The notes: generated by a model not told the origin, from the letters alone. 64,000 nt of DNA from an uncultured Candidatus Peribacteria bacterium (GCA_964632395.1 CAZWES010000001.1:25287-89286); one strand, 5' to 3'. Numbered from the stretch's first letter, positions 34,310-43,868 are shown. Numbers and translations: made by a program.

Positions 34310-36493
34310 TTATTTACTATCCAATTCCTCCTCCGAAGGATGTTTCGCATCTGGATCATCAGATTTTTCATCATCCGGAGGCGCTTCGAAGAGGCCATCG
34401 GTTTGGGGTTCTTGTTTTGGTTTTGTGGGTTTGTCTTTGGCGCTGGACGGGGTTGTGGTTGCCGATTCCTCCGGCGGAGACGCCCTCCCCTCTGCTTTTG
34501 GTTCTACGTCGCTCTGTTCAGTTGGTGTTGTGTCGGATAGGTCGGGCGTCTCTACGCCGTCGGGCGTATCAACGGCATCCGAAATTGCCTCTTCTCGCTT
34601 CTCGGCTTCACGCTTTGCCAATTCCTCTGGGTTCGTTGTAATAATTTCATGCTCCTTTGGCGAGGCGACGATTTGGATTGCGACGTGTTTGCGGCCGGCG
34701 AAGAATACTCCTTGTCCGACTGATGCATTCAGAAGCAGATACCTCTCACCTTCTGTCAGATTAAATGCCTTCTGCAACGAGTCGACTGCGGAGGGGGCCT
34801 GCTTCAGCAAAATCTGCATCGCGGCATTGGTCACAATTGGTTTTCCAAATGGCGAGCGCATGAAGTCCTCCACGTCCTGCGTGATTGTTGTGATTCCAAG
34901 GTAATACTTTCTTGCACGCTTGATTAGGCCGTAGAGGAATCTTGCGGAATCTTCATATTGCATGATGTTCCATGCCTCATCAATTACAACCAGCCTCTTT
35001 TTGAGCGAGCTACGGACTTCATTCCAAAGGAAATTAAGGACGATATAAATCGCCATCGGGCGAAGTGATTCCTCAAGGTCACGAGTCTGGAAAACCATTA
35101 GCTGGCTACCCACATCAACATTTGTTTGCTGGTTAAAGAGGCCGGCAAAGCTTCCTTCGGTGTACTTTTTAAGAATCTTTGCCATCTCCTCTCCGCCTTC
35201 AGTCGTCATCAAAACATCAACAAGATCATGTAGGGTCGGAGGTTCCATTTTCCCCGGGTCAGGGGTTTCCATAGTGATTCCCTTTAGCGCATATGTATCC
35301 AGAATTGCTTTATCCAAAGTTGCTTCCCTTTCCGAGCCAACATCCCCGATCATTAGCTTAAATAAGCCATGGAGGTTGATTACGGCACTCCTCAAAAGCT
35401 GCCCGGGCTTCGAGTCTTCATCATCACCACTTGAGGAAATTGCCTTGGGGAGATCGAATGGATTGATTCTTGCATTTCCCTGAACAGAAAGCGGAACAAC
35501 CGCACCGCCCATCACATTTGCAAGTTCGGTGTATTCGTTTTCCGGATCAATTATGTAAACGTCCGTATCCATCATCAAATATCTGATGACTTCGAGTTTT
35601 ACTGCATAAGATTTACCGGCGCCGGATGTTGCAAACACAGTTTCGTTCGCGTTCGGAAGTTTGAACCTGTCAAAAATTACGAGGGACTCGTTGTGGCGGT
35701 TTATGCCGTAAAGCACTCCTTGGTCGCTCGTAAGATCCGAACTTGAGAACGGAAAAGCAGTCGAGAGTGGGGCGGTATTCATATTCCGATTGATTTCCAG
35801 TTCATCAAGGCAAAAAGGAAGAGTGGAATTCCACGCATGCTCCATCTGGAAATCTGCAGGCTTCATCAACACAAGCTTTCCTCCAAGAATGGATTCAATG
35901 TCTGCCTGAATCTTCTTAAGTTTCTCATCACTCTCCGCATAAATTGTGATGTAGAAGCCAAGTTGGAAGAGTTTCTCGAATCCGCGTGCGAGCATATCCC
36001 TGAGTTGTTCCGCATCTTCCAGTGCAGCTTCAAGTTGCGGGTCACGGGAGAGGCCCTTCTCACGTCTCAAGTTTATGGACGAACGCATCTCCGTAACTTT
36101 GCGTTTTAACATCTTCATCACCGCAGCACTTGAGCTTGGATAAATGAACTGGGAGATATCCATTGCAGCTTCGTAGTTCACAATTTGTGCCATCCAGTTT
36201 GGATGGATCTGGCTTGGCCAGTTAAATGCAAAGAAAGTGCGTGCAATAGTTCCATCCCCAATCGTGATGGATTTAACTCCAACATCGAGCGCGGAAGGCG
36301 AAACAACATCCAGAACTTTCTGCAGACCCTCCTCGTAAAGTTGCTCTGCCGTCCTCTCTTCCTCCTGGCTTATGCCGTCATCTCCCTCGGCTTTTTTGGG
36401 TTCCTTCTCTTTTTTTGGCGCGGGAGCACCAAGCAGCAGATCGAGCAGAGAGCCTCCACTCTTTTTTGCCGTTGTTTGTTTATTTTCTGCCAT
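34310..36493 (-). CDS. virB4: VirB4/TraC-like type IV secretion ATPase
   Basis: VFATSGAGKSYAV is Walker A and RLVVIDEAWNIM is the Walker B DEAW motif. ARKYYLGITTITQDVEDF is also present. Acidic low-complexity C-terminus. Confidence 0.8.
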   Translation of the reverse strand: MAENKQTTAKKSGGSLLDLLLGAPAPKKEKEPKKAEGDDGISQEEERTAEQLYEEGLQKVLDVVSPSALDVGVKSITIGDGTIARTFFAFNWPSQIHPNWMAQIVNYEAAMDISQFIYPSSSAAVMKMLKRKVTEMRSSINLRREKGLSRDPQLEAALEDAEQLRDMLARGFEKLFQLGFYITIYAESDEKLKKIQADIESILGGKLVLMKPADFQMEHAWNSTLPFCLDELEINRNMNTAPLSTAFPFSSSDLTSDQGVLYGINRHNESLVIFDRFKLPNANETVFATSGAGKSYAVKLEVIRYLMMDTDVYIIDPENEYTELANVMGGAVVPLSVQGNARINPFDLPKAISSSGDDEDSKPGQLLRSAVINLHGLFKLMIGDVGSEREATLDKAILDTYALKGITMETPDPGKMEPPTLHDLVDVLMTTEGGEEMAKILKKYTEGSFAGLFNQQTNVDVGSQLMVFQTRDLEESLRPMAIYIVLNFLWNEVRSSLKKRLVVIDEAWNIMQYEDSARFLYGLIKRARKYYLGITTITQDVEDFMRSPFGKPIVTNAAMQILLKQAPSAVDSLQKAFNLTEGERYLLLNASVGQGVFFAGRKHVAIQIVASPKEHEIITTNPEELAKREAEKREEAISDAVDTPDGVETPDLSDTTPTEQSDVEPKAEGRASPPEESATTTPSSAKDKPTKPKQEPQTDGLFEAPPDDEKSDDPDAKHPSEEELDSK

Positions 36494-36715
36494 TAATTTG
36501 GGTTCAGAGTAATCGCTTGATTATAGCAGAAAATGGGGGGTGGGGGTAGGGGGGAGAATGGGATTCGTATGTGGCAAAAACACCATCACGTGGTCAATTT
36601 TGGGGTAATTCCTCTTGCCAATAAGGAATACGTGGAGTACCGTGGTGACAGCAAGTAATTCCTTCCGCGTGGGGCTCCGTATAGGTTCCTCGTAAATAGC
36701 GCGGCGGGTTTTGCT

Positions 36716-37366
36716 CTATGGAAACAAAAACCGTTCCTCTGCTATCCGCGTTTTGATAATGTCAGCATAAAAAGGATCGTTGTGTTCATGCTTACGGAAT
36801 AGAGACCACGAAATGCAGTCTGCAACCTGCAGACATTTTTCTTCAGATGTCGTTTTGATGCTGACATCCAGAGAAACCAGATGGTTGCCCTTTGCCTGCC
36901 TTTGAAGGTACTGCTGGAAGTTGAGATTTAAGAATACGTTAGTTTCACGTTTGGAAGCAACAAGTTTAATTAGTCTATCCAGTGGAATTAGCCTTCGCGT
37001 GAAAATACGATCGAGGAGAATGTTCGTCACGTAATTGTATAGCACCTGTTTCTCATTCTGCATATTTGTGTACACCTTCTTTTTGTTCAGGATGATCGAG
37101 AGAATGGAAACATCGTGCTTTTTGAGTTCTTCTAATAGCCGTTTTCTCGTTACGGGTTTTTCCTTGAATGCGTGCAACACTCCGGGGTGATGCTTTAGTT
37201 CATGCTTAGTAAATCCACGGAATATCTTTTTCACAATTTTTCTGATTGCACGCATCGTTCGTTCATCTGGAACAAATAGGAACGTCACTACAAAGTGTTT
37301 TGAGGTTTTCTGTTTTGTGAAATCAAATCCCAAGTCGCCACTTTCGTCCATGAAGATATAGGCCAT
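36716..37366 (-). CDS. DUF3800-family protein
   Basis: The N-terminal MAYIFMDESGDLGFDF is the hallmark DESG motif. Confidence 0.7.
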   Translation of the reverse strand: MAYIFMDESGDLGFDFTKQKTSKHFVVTFLFVPDERTMRAIRKIVKKIFRGFTKHELKHHPGVLHAFKEKPVTRKRLLEELKKHDVSILSIILNKKKVYTNMQNEKQVLYNYVTNILLDRIFTRRLIPLDRLIKLVASKRETNVFLNLNFQQYLQRQAKGNHLVSLDVSIKTTSEEKCLQVADCISWSLFRKHEHNDPFYADIIKTRIAEERFLFP

Positions 37367-37408
37367 ATCATATATCTTACATGTAACAGATATTTCGAAT
37401 TAGGCTCC

Positions 37409-39973
37409 TCAAACTGGTGCCCCCCCAATCGGAGGCATTCCTGCAGCCCCTCCCGGTGGCGTTGATGGAATGTACGCACCGATCCTCCTTTCAATCTCAC
37501 GACTCACAAACGCCTTATCTCGTCCGTACGTCAAACGGCTTAATTGTTTGAAGGCCTCGGCTGCCTGGTCATCGCCTTTGATTGCGTATGGGTTTTCCGG
37601 GATGATTGAGAAAGGAGCAGAGGGTTGCGTATCCACGCTCAACTTCATCACCGCTTTGTATTTATCCAGATTGATCAGGTCACTTTCAGAAAAGGCAGGT
37701 GCCATTTCTTTTGCGCAGTACTCGGCATCCTGTGCACCGATTTTGTAGAACATCATTGTTCCGATGTTTCCAAAGACTGCGCCCTTCAAATTCACGTTCG
37801 CGGAAAGTTTGCTCTCCTTCTCCAGCTGATCGAGATACTGGTGTGCCATGCAGAGGCCGAGCTTGTATTTCCTGGCTTCAGAAAGTATCGACTCAATTGA
37901 TTCTGTTACATAGTTCTGGAACTCATCAATATAGAGGAAAAACGGCACGCGCTCCTCATCACTTTGCTTTTGGCGACGCATGGCGGCGACCTGAACCTTG
38001 TTCACGATTATCATTCCCATGAGCTGCGAGTTGATGTCACCTACAAGTCCTTTACTCAGATTCATGATCAGAAGCTTCTTCTGGCTCATCACATCATGAA
38101 AGTCGAATGCGCTCTTTACTTGTCCGACTATGTTTCTTATCAGTGTGTTTGTTGTGAATTGCCCGAATTTGGCTGCAAAGTAGGGGATCATTTCCTGCTT
38201 TTCGCGCTGCCCGGTTTGTGCCATCTGTTTCTCCCAGAAAGAACGCACGATGGGATTTGCGACTTTTGTAACTTTGTACTTCTGCCATTCATCATCAGTG
38301 AAAAGTCTGACAAGATCCGTGATGGCGCCACCTTCATCCTCATCCGCCATCAGCGTCAAACAACCGTTCCTGAAGTAATCCTGAATCCTCGGCCCGAAAA
38401 TCTCTTCACCAAACATCTTTACCATCATGTTCATTGCATCAAGAGCGATCAGATCTTTTTCTTCCTCCGATTTTCCTTCCAGCATATTCAGGCCGATCGG
38501 ACGCTCGGTATCTGCCGGGTTAAAGTAGATGACATCATTCGCCCTCTCGCGCGGGATGCGCGGAAGAAGCGCTTCCGCAAGCGATCCGTGCGGGTCCACA
38601 ACGCAGCATCCATTTCCATTGAGGAAGTCCTGCACCGCAAGATTAATCATCATTGTGGATTTTCCTGTTCCCGTTTGCCCGACGATGTAAAAATGACGGA
38701 AGCGGTCATTAAATTTCATGTAAACATCCTTCTTTGCTCCGCGATAAACATTTGTCCCAAGCTTCACAGAATTTTCTCCTGCCTCCTCAGAATCTGATGG
38801 AACATTCTTTGGTGAGGGGACTATCTTGTAGTTCTGCCACTTAATGGTCGTCACCTTGTTATAAACGATGCTTGGAAAGTGGAAAAGCCCGGCAAGTTCA
38901 AGCGAACAAAGCAGTAGTCTTGGATGCCTAATGCGCCTGATGATGGGTATCTTTGGAGCGCGTCTTATAAAATCCGCAACAAGCCGGCGGTGATTGTGAT
39001 AGCGAGTTCTAAAGAGAATATTGCCTGCGATCTCGGAAAACTGGTTGAAACCTCCAATCACATTTTCAAGCTGCTCATCTGATTTCTTCTTTGAACTCGC
39101 AGAGGTCACAATTCTAATTGCAGCATGATATCCCGGTGAGCCTGCTTTCATATCCATTGTTTTACTCAGCTCTTCTGTCATCTGTGAAACCCTTTCACCC
39201 GTTTGGCGCTCCTCTCCACTTTCCAGTTTAAAGAGCGCGGTTCCATACGTCATCGTCGTAAACATTGCAGAGAACCACGTAATCGGGTTCCAGATTACGA
39301 TTCCTTTCTTTTTGGGATTGAGTAACTTCTGTGCTTCCTTTCGTGCTTTTTTGTGCCATCCGGATTTGGCAGGCCTGAGCATTATCTGCACTGCAGCACC
39401 TTCATCTTTTGCGAGCTTGCTGAACGCATTCGTGATTGCATTAAGCGGATCGCTCTTCATAGTCTCGTAAGTCTTAAGCGGCTTGAAGTATCTCTGTGAA
39501 GTAAGCAAATATGTTGAGGATGTGTGTGATTCTTTTGTGAAGATGTTGTAATCCTGAACTTCATCAATCACGGCATCGGGGTAAAAGGATGTTATCTGTT
39601 TTTCAACGAAGGAAACGAGGGATCGCGGAACTACTACGTAGAAAAGAATCTCACCTTCCAGTGCGGCATATTCAACCGAGAAAAATGGCTGTCTCCTAAA
39701 AAACCTGCGGATCTTGTGCGAGTCGTAAATTCCGTAGAGCGACTGGAAAAGGTGGTCCATCACTCCGGTTACCTCCTTAAAGGATTTACCGGTCGAGAAT
39801 TCCTCCGAAACTTTCTCCTTATCCTCTTTGCTTTCCTTTTTGGGCATTAGGATTTGCAGGAAAACAAGGCTGCGCGAGCGCAGGCGGTCGGTGAGGATTC
39901 TTGATGCCCAGACAATTGCTGTGAGGAGGGCAGCGGTGAGTAGGGCGATCAGGATGATCAGGGTTGGGGTCAT
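37409..39973 (-). CDS. virD4: VirD4/TraG/TraD-like type IV coupling protein
   Basis: N-terminal TM helix. HFYIVGQTGTGKSTMMINL is Walker A and FFLYIDEFQNY is Walker B. 854 aa. Confidence 0.75.
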   Translation of the reverse strand: MTPTLIILIALLTAALLTAIVWASRILTDRLRSRSLVFLQILMPKKESKEDKEKVSEEFSTGKSFKEVTGVMDHLFQSLYGIYDSHKIRRFFRRQPFFSVEYAALEGEILFYVVVPRSLVSFVEKQITSFYPDAVIDEVQDYNIFTKESHTSSTYLLTSQRYFKPLKTYETMKSDPLNAITNAFSKLAKDEGAAVQIMLRPAKSGWHKKARKEAQKLLNPKKKGIVIWNPITWFSAMFTTMTYGTALFKLESGEERQTGERVSQMTEELSKTMDMKAGSPGYHAAIRIVTSASSKKKSDEQLENVIGGFNQFSEIAGNILFRTRYHNHRRLVADFIRRAPKIPIIRRIRHPRLLLCSLELAGLFHFPSIVYNKVTTIKWQNYKIVPSPKNVPSDSEEAGENSVKLGTNVYRGAKKDVYMKFNDRFRHFYIVGQTGTGKSTMMINLAVQDFLNGNGCCVVDPHGSLAEALLPRIPRERANDVIYFNPADTERPIGLNMLEGKSEEEKDLIALDAMNMMVKMFGEEIFGPRIQDYFRNGCLTLMADEDEGGAITDLVRLFTDDEWQKYKVTKVANPIVRSFWEKQMAQTGQREKQEMIPYFAAKFGQFTTNTLIRNIVGQVKSAFDFHDVMSQKKLLIMNLSKGLVGDINSQLMGMIIVNKVQVAAMRRQKQSDEERVPFFLYIDEFQNYVTESIESILSEARKYKLGLCMAHQYLDQLEKESKLSANVNLKGAVFGNIGTMMFYKIGAQDAEYCAKEMAPAFSESDLINLDKYKAVMKLSVDTQPSAPFSIIPENPYAIKGDDQAAEAFKQLSRLTYGRDKAFVSREIERRIGAYIPSTPPGGAAGMPPIGGAPV

Positions 39974-40040
39974 TGGGGAGAATAGTAGCGGATTTTAGTC
40001 AATTGTGCTTGCCTTTGTAGTTCTATGGATCTGGCCGTAT

Positions 40041-40183
40041 CGGAGAAAATTTTCAATTTTCAGGTACCAATTTTCAAACAATTATCAATTTTCAAGGTTC
40101 AAACTGTAGATGTTTGGTCAATTGAAAATTGAACCTTGAAAATTTTTTGAAAATTGAAAATTGATACTTGTAAATTTTCTCCG
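40041..40183. repeat. Long imperfect palindrome H5 (CAATTTTCA-type units) between the pilin and coupling-protein genes
   Basis: The outer ends CGGAGAAAATTT.../...AAATTTTCTCCG are complementary. The inner TTTTCAAGGTTCAA / TTGAACCTTGAAAA also pair. The arms consist of repeated (C)AATTTTCA(A) units. Confidence 0.85.
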
Positions 40184-40280
40184 ACAAAGTACGAGCTTGC
40201 AAAGTCAGCACAAAACTTCGTGTTGCCAACAAAAGACCCCGCTCCCGCGAGGTCTTCATTTTCAAGTTGATGAACCGATC

Positions 40281-40661
40281 TCAAGTGAACTGACCTGCAA
40301 TCTCCCCTGTGAAGAATCCGACGATTACGCGGGCAAAGAAAATAACAACCAGACCGATTATTGCGTAGATTATGGTCTTCCTTCCCTTTGTTACGTTTTC
40401 TTCGTTTCCACCTGCCATCATGATGCGGAAACCTCCAACGATCACGAAGATGACTGCGATAAGAGCGAGGAAGCCAAGTACAAAGTTAATAACTTTTACG
40501 ACAGATTCCCGTGTCTGATCCGCACCGCCATCCGGCGTTCCTTCTATTTCCGGCATCTCGCCTCCGAATTCGGCAAGTGCCTGCTTTACTGCAAAGAACT
40601 GAAGGTAAATTGCGGTGATGCCATACGATAGGGCTGTGCTGAGAGATGTAATGTGCTTCAT
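40281..40661 (-). CDS. VirB2/TrbC-like T4SS pilin (tentative)
   Basis: 126 aa with a signal-like N-terminus and two C-terminal hydrophobic helices (VINFVLGFLALIAVIFVIVGGF; IIYAIIGLVVIFFARVIVGFF). This architecture is typical of small T4SS pilins. Confidence 0.55.
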   Translation of the reverse strand: MKHITSLSTALSYGITAIYLQFFAVKQALAEFGGEMPEIEGTPDGGADQTRESVVKVINFVLGFLALIAVIFVIVGGFRIMMAGGNEENVTKGRKTIIYAIIGLVVIFFARVIVGFFTGEIAGQFT

Positions 40662-40863
40662 TGTGATTGGGAGGGGAAAGATAACTTCAGAGGCAATACT
40701 ACGGAGAAATGTGAAGCGCGTCTATTGCCCCCTAAGCCTCAAAAACCCAAAAAGAATTGACAAGAAGCCAATAGATTGGCATTATATTCACGTGGCAACA
40801 CATAAGAACAACGCAGAGCAAAAAAAAGATCGGAAGGAAAGTGCAGCTTCATCTTCGGATGTC

Positions 40864-41304
40864 ATGAGTCTTGCTGTAAAACAGCCGCCAAAATTAGAAG
40901 GATTGATGACGCTTTTGGATACACTTTCCGGTTTAGAAAGAGTTGCAGAGGTTGTTCGCGAGGATTCGTCGCAGGATATGGGCGGTGCAGGAGCAACTGC
41001 CGGTGCCGCAGCTCAGGCTTCATCCGGAGCTTCTATTCGTGCACAGGCAATCAAGTCACTTCCATCAACTGCCGTTATGCGAAAGCGTTTGACGAGTCAT
41101 CTTCAGCGTGAGATGCGGCAATTAGAAAGAAAGGCGAGAAGCATGGCACGATCTGCAAAAAAAGGTAGCGCATATCTGCTCAACGAACTCTACGCAAAAA
41201 TCCGCCGCATTCAGTCACTAATCGCGGAACTAATTGATGCAGCAGCAGAGGTGGTTCGTCAGTTATACATAAGGCTGTTTATTGATCATCAGCAGTTGGT
41301 GTAG
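40864..41304 (+). CDS. Hypothetical protein
   Basis: ORF with start placed at MSLAVKQ. The longer ORF overlaps the pilin gene. Confidence 0.35.
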   Translation: MSLAVKQPPKLEGLMTLLDTLSGLERVAEVVREDSSQDMGGAGATAGAAAQASSGASIRAQAIKSLPSTAVMRKRLTSHLQREMRQLERKARSMARSAKKGSAYLLNELYAKIRRIQSLIAELIDAAAEVVRQLYIRLFIDHQQLV

Positions 41305-41312
41305 AAGGCGCG

Positions 41313-42221
41313 TCACTCGATGCCAAGAACCTCCATCAACTCTTCCATATCAATATCCTCCAGCGCTGCCTGCATATCCGGATCATTCAGCATTTCCTTA
41401 GTTTTTGGATGATTCATAATTCCGATGATGTTTCCCTCAGTTGCCATTGCTTTTATTTCCTCGTCTTCCATAAGCCCTTGGGTTATCTGACCGCGCAGCA
41501 CCTCCGCGACCGGTTCATATTCCACAAGCTTCTGCATCTTTTCCGGATCTTTAAGAATTTCTCCTGCAACATCCAATCCCTTATCCACCGATTCCGGCAC
41601 GGGACTTGTTTCCTCTGCAACCTCTCCAAGTGTGGATTCCTCAAGTCCTTTCCTGTGTGCATCCACCATTCTTGCAGGCAGCGTGATCAAACTTTCTTCC
41701 TGAACTTGTTCCACTCCTTCCTGAGCCGGCGGGTTAAATGCAGGTATCTGCGCTGTGAGTTTGCCCATCAAAAGAACGAACCAACTCACAATCATCACGA
41801 TGAGCAGCCCGAACGCCCCGCCGAGAATTGCGCCGCCGAATCTGATCAGACCTTTTTTCCATCCGGTTTGTTTCTTTTTCAATTTGAAAAGGATGCTGAT
41901 CAGGAAGAACTCAAAACGCGCAGTCACATATGCAAGAACTCCTCCGCATGCCATCGCAATTGGTTCGATAACCATTTCCGGTAAGCCATAGGTTGGGATG
42001 AATGGTGCAAGAAAAAATCCGAAGGGCTTGGCAAGCAGATACGCAGCCGCAAGGCTCAAAATCCCAAAGAGTTCTTTAAAGAAACCGCGGAACATTCCAC
42101 GTAATGCAAAGAGGGCGACTATGCTGGCTCCTATCAGCGTGTAGGCGTAGGGGGGGAGGGGGGTGGTGAGGATGGAGAGCATGATTTTCTGCGTGTGGAT
42201 GGTGGGTTGTCGTGCAAACAC
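41313..42221 (-). CDS. cvpA: CvpA-family membrane protein with C-terminal soluble extension
   Basis: Four N-terminal TM helices with the spacing seen in colicin V production (CvpA) proteins. Confidence 0.5.
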   Translation of the reverse strand: MFARQPTIHTQKIMLSILTTPLPPYAYTLIGASIVALFALRGMFRGFFKELFGILSLAAAYLLAKPFGFFLAPFIPTYGLPEMVIEPIAMACGGVLAYVTARFEFFLISILFKLKKKQTGWKKGLIRFGGAILGGAFGLLIVMIVSWFVLLMGKLTAQIPAFNPPAQEGVEQVQEESLITLPARMVDAHRKGLEESTLGEVAEETSPVPESVDKGLDVAGEILKDPEKMQKLVEYEPVAEVLRGQITQGLMEDEEIKAMATEGNIIGIMNHPKTKEMLNDPDMQAALEDIDMEELMEVLGIE

Positions 42222-42229
42222 TAAAAAGC

Positions 42230-42886
42230 TTACTCCTTCAAAAGTACTTCTAAATATTTCTCAAAACAATGTGACAGTGGCTCCTGAAATTCAGGAAAGG
42301 TATCCAGAATAGGTATGATGTCGGACTCAGTGTGATAAGGGAAAATGCCCATAATTTTTTCATTTTTGTTAGAAACAACAACTATCGAAGCTATACCCTG
42401 CTTGACAAGGTCATGATCTAATCCAACCTCATAAGATCCTTCATGCTGATCGCTCCCGGCCAGCCATCCATTCATACATTTAACGACCTTTCCTTCCAAA
42501 GGAGCACAGCTCTCATTGTTACACATCCCAAACCCCATTCTATGATAATAGACGTAAAACTGAACATCGCTCGGTATTTTGTTGGGATGTAAAACTATGC
42601 CAATGGGGGCTTTACCACCAATGCGTAGCGGACCAAAGTTATCTACGGATTTTAGGAATTCATTTTCAGGGTATTTTTTTAGCGCTCTTAATAATTCTTC
42701 GTGGATTTTCTCACCTGCCCAAAAAACTTCCTTTTCTCCTGTTCTAGGATTTACTTCAATGGTTTTACTGTATACCCAGTTCATGTCTATTTCCCAGAGT
42801 AATTCATATGTGGCCATTACAAATAACCAAAAGCAGATTGTTCCGATAAAGATAGTTCCCAAAATAATATTTCTTTTTATTCTCAT
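42230..42886 (-). CDS. Membrane-anchored extracytoplasmic protein, candidate immunity partner (copy 1)
   Basis: N-terminal TM helix NIILGTIFIGTICFWLFVMA. The domain has FGPLRIGGK...FYVYYHRMGFGMCNNESC...IVVVSNKNEKIMGIFP. Its ATG is 4 nt after the stop of the upstream gene. Paralogous to 51465-52376. Confidence 0.6.
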   Translation of the reverse strand: MRIKRNIILGTIFIGTICFWLFVMATYELLWEIDMNWVYSKTIEVNPRTGEKEVFWAGEKIHEELLRALKKYPENEFLKSVDNFGPLRIGGKAPIGIVLHPNKIPSDVQFYVYYHRMGFGMCNNESCAPLEGKVVKCMNGWLAGSDQHEGSYEVGLDHDLVKQGIASIVVVSNKNEKIMGIFPYHTESDIIPILDTFPEFQEPLSHCFEKYLEVLLKE

Positions 42887-42890
42887 ATAG

Positions 42891-43868
42891 TTAGTCGGTA
42901 ATTTCTAAAATGCCAATGCTCTTGGAGTCACCCAGCCTGGCTCTAATGAAAACTTTATAAACTTCATTCCACCTTTTCAGCTCCGTAAGGGTGATGCAAC
43001 CTAAAGTAGCCTGACCGGTGTGAATGTACTTTTCTTTATCTTTACCCGGTCGGTGCTCATGCCCGATATGAAACCAGACCTTCGCCTTGGGAGCCTTTTT
43101 GGCATGAGGAATGCCGCCTTCATGCGGATGATCTGCTATTTCAATGTCATAAAAGCCTTTTTTCCATCTTTCTCCCTGATATTCAATAACCTTGTAGGAT
43201 TTCCTTTTGATTTTGAGTCGTTTTGCTGATCTAGAGTAAGTTACTTTTACTGGGCCTGTGTAAGGATTTCCCGATATTAAATAGGATTTTCCATTCTTTT
43301 TGGTCTTAACAGAACCTGTTTCACCCTGCCTCCATCCCTCCATAATCGTAAAGTAATCTCTCCTGCCTTCGCGTTTATCGAGTCTAACCCTCAAAAAAGC
43401 GGGTATTGCCTGAACTTTTTTGTATCCATCTATTTTTACCCATAAAAAGCCATCCTTCTGCTCCTCAATGTAGTGCATTACCTCCATTACCTGGATATCA
43501 AAGTCAACTTTAAATTCAGCTTCTGGCCTGACAAATGGCCACCTTATTTCTTTTACTTTAACCAAAACTGACTTCTTTTGAATACGCGATTCATTGAGAT
43601 TCACTTTAAACTTTATCTCTGAAACCCCAACGTCATTTAATACCTTATCTCTCTCAATTATTCTGGTTAAAATTGGCAGGCTGAAAGAGCTTTGATCTAT
43701 TTTGAAAACCCCAATCTCCTCTCCAATTTTTCTAGTGGATCCACAACGTAATTTCAAATTTTTCTGAAAGCTTTCTCCAATTGCTTCAATCTCAATTCGG
43801 ATGTCATCCCCTATGGATTTCCCTGAGTATTTTATGCTTGATAGTGTCAGAAAGATATTCTTTATCAT
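42891..43868 (-). CDS. Candidate cell-wall-targeting effector with YkuD/Tlde1-like His...Gly-Cys motif (copy 1)
   Basis: 325 aa with no signal peptide. The C-terminus has GFYDIEIADHPH...KVWFHIGHEH...KYIHTGQATLGCITLTELKRW. The N-terminal two thirds are unrecognised. Paralog at 50410-51459. Confidence 0.55.
   Translation of the reverse strand: MIKNIFLTLSSIKYSGKSIGDDIRIEIEAIGESFQKNLKLRCGSTRKIGEEIGVFKIDQSSFSLPILTRIIERDKVLNDVGVSEIKFKVNLNESRIQKKSVLVKVKEIRWPFVRPEAEFKVDFDIQVMEVMHYIEEQKDGFLWVKIDGYKKVQAIPAFLRVRLDKREGRRDYFTIMEGWRQGETGSVKTKKNGKSYLISGNPYTGPVKVTYSRSAKRLKIKRKSYKVIEYQGERWKKGFYDIEIADHPHEGGIPHAKKAPKAKVWFHIGHEHRPGKDKEKYIHTGQATLGCITLTELKRWNEVYKVFIRARLGDSKSIGILEITD

Noticed and set aside
34221-34904. 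227-aa plus-strand ORF.
   Set aside because: It is antisense to the acidic C-terminal region of the VirB4-like gene and is a low-complexity Ser/Gly frame.
37964-38797. 277-aa plus-strand ORF.
   Set aside because: It is antisense to the VirD4-like CDS, which has clear Walker motifs. It has no recognisable features.
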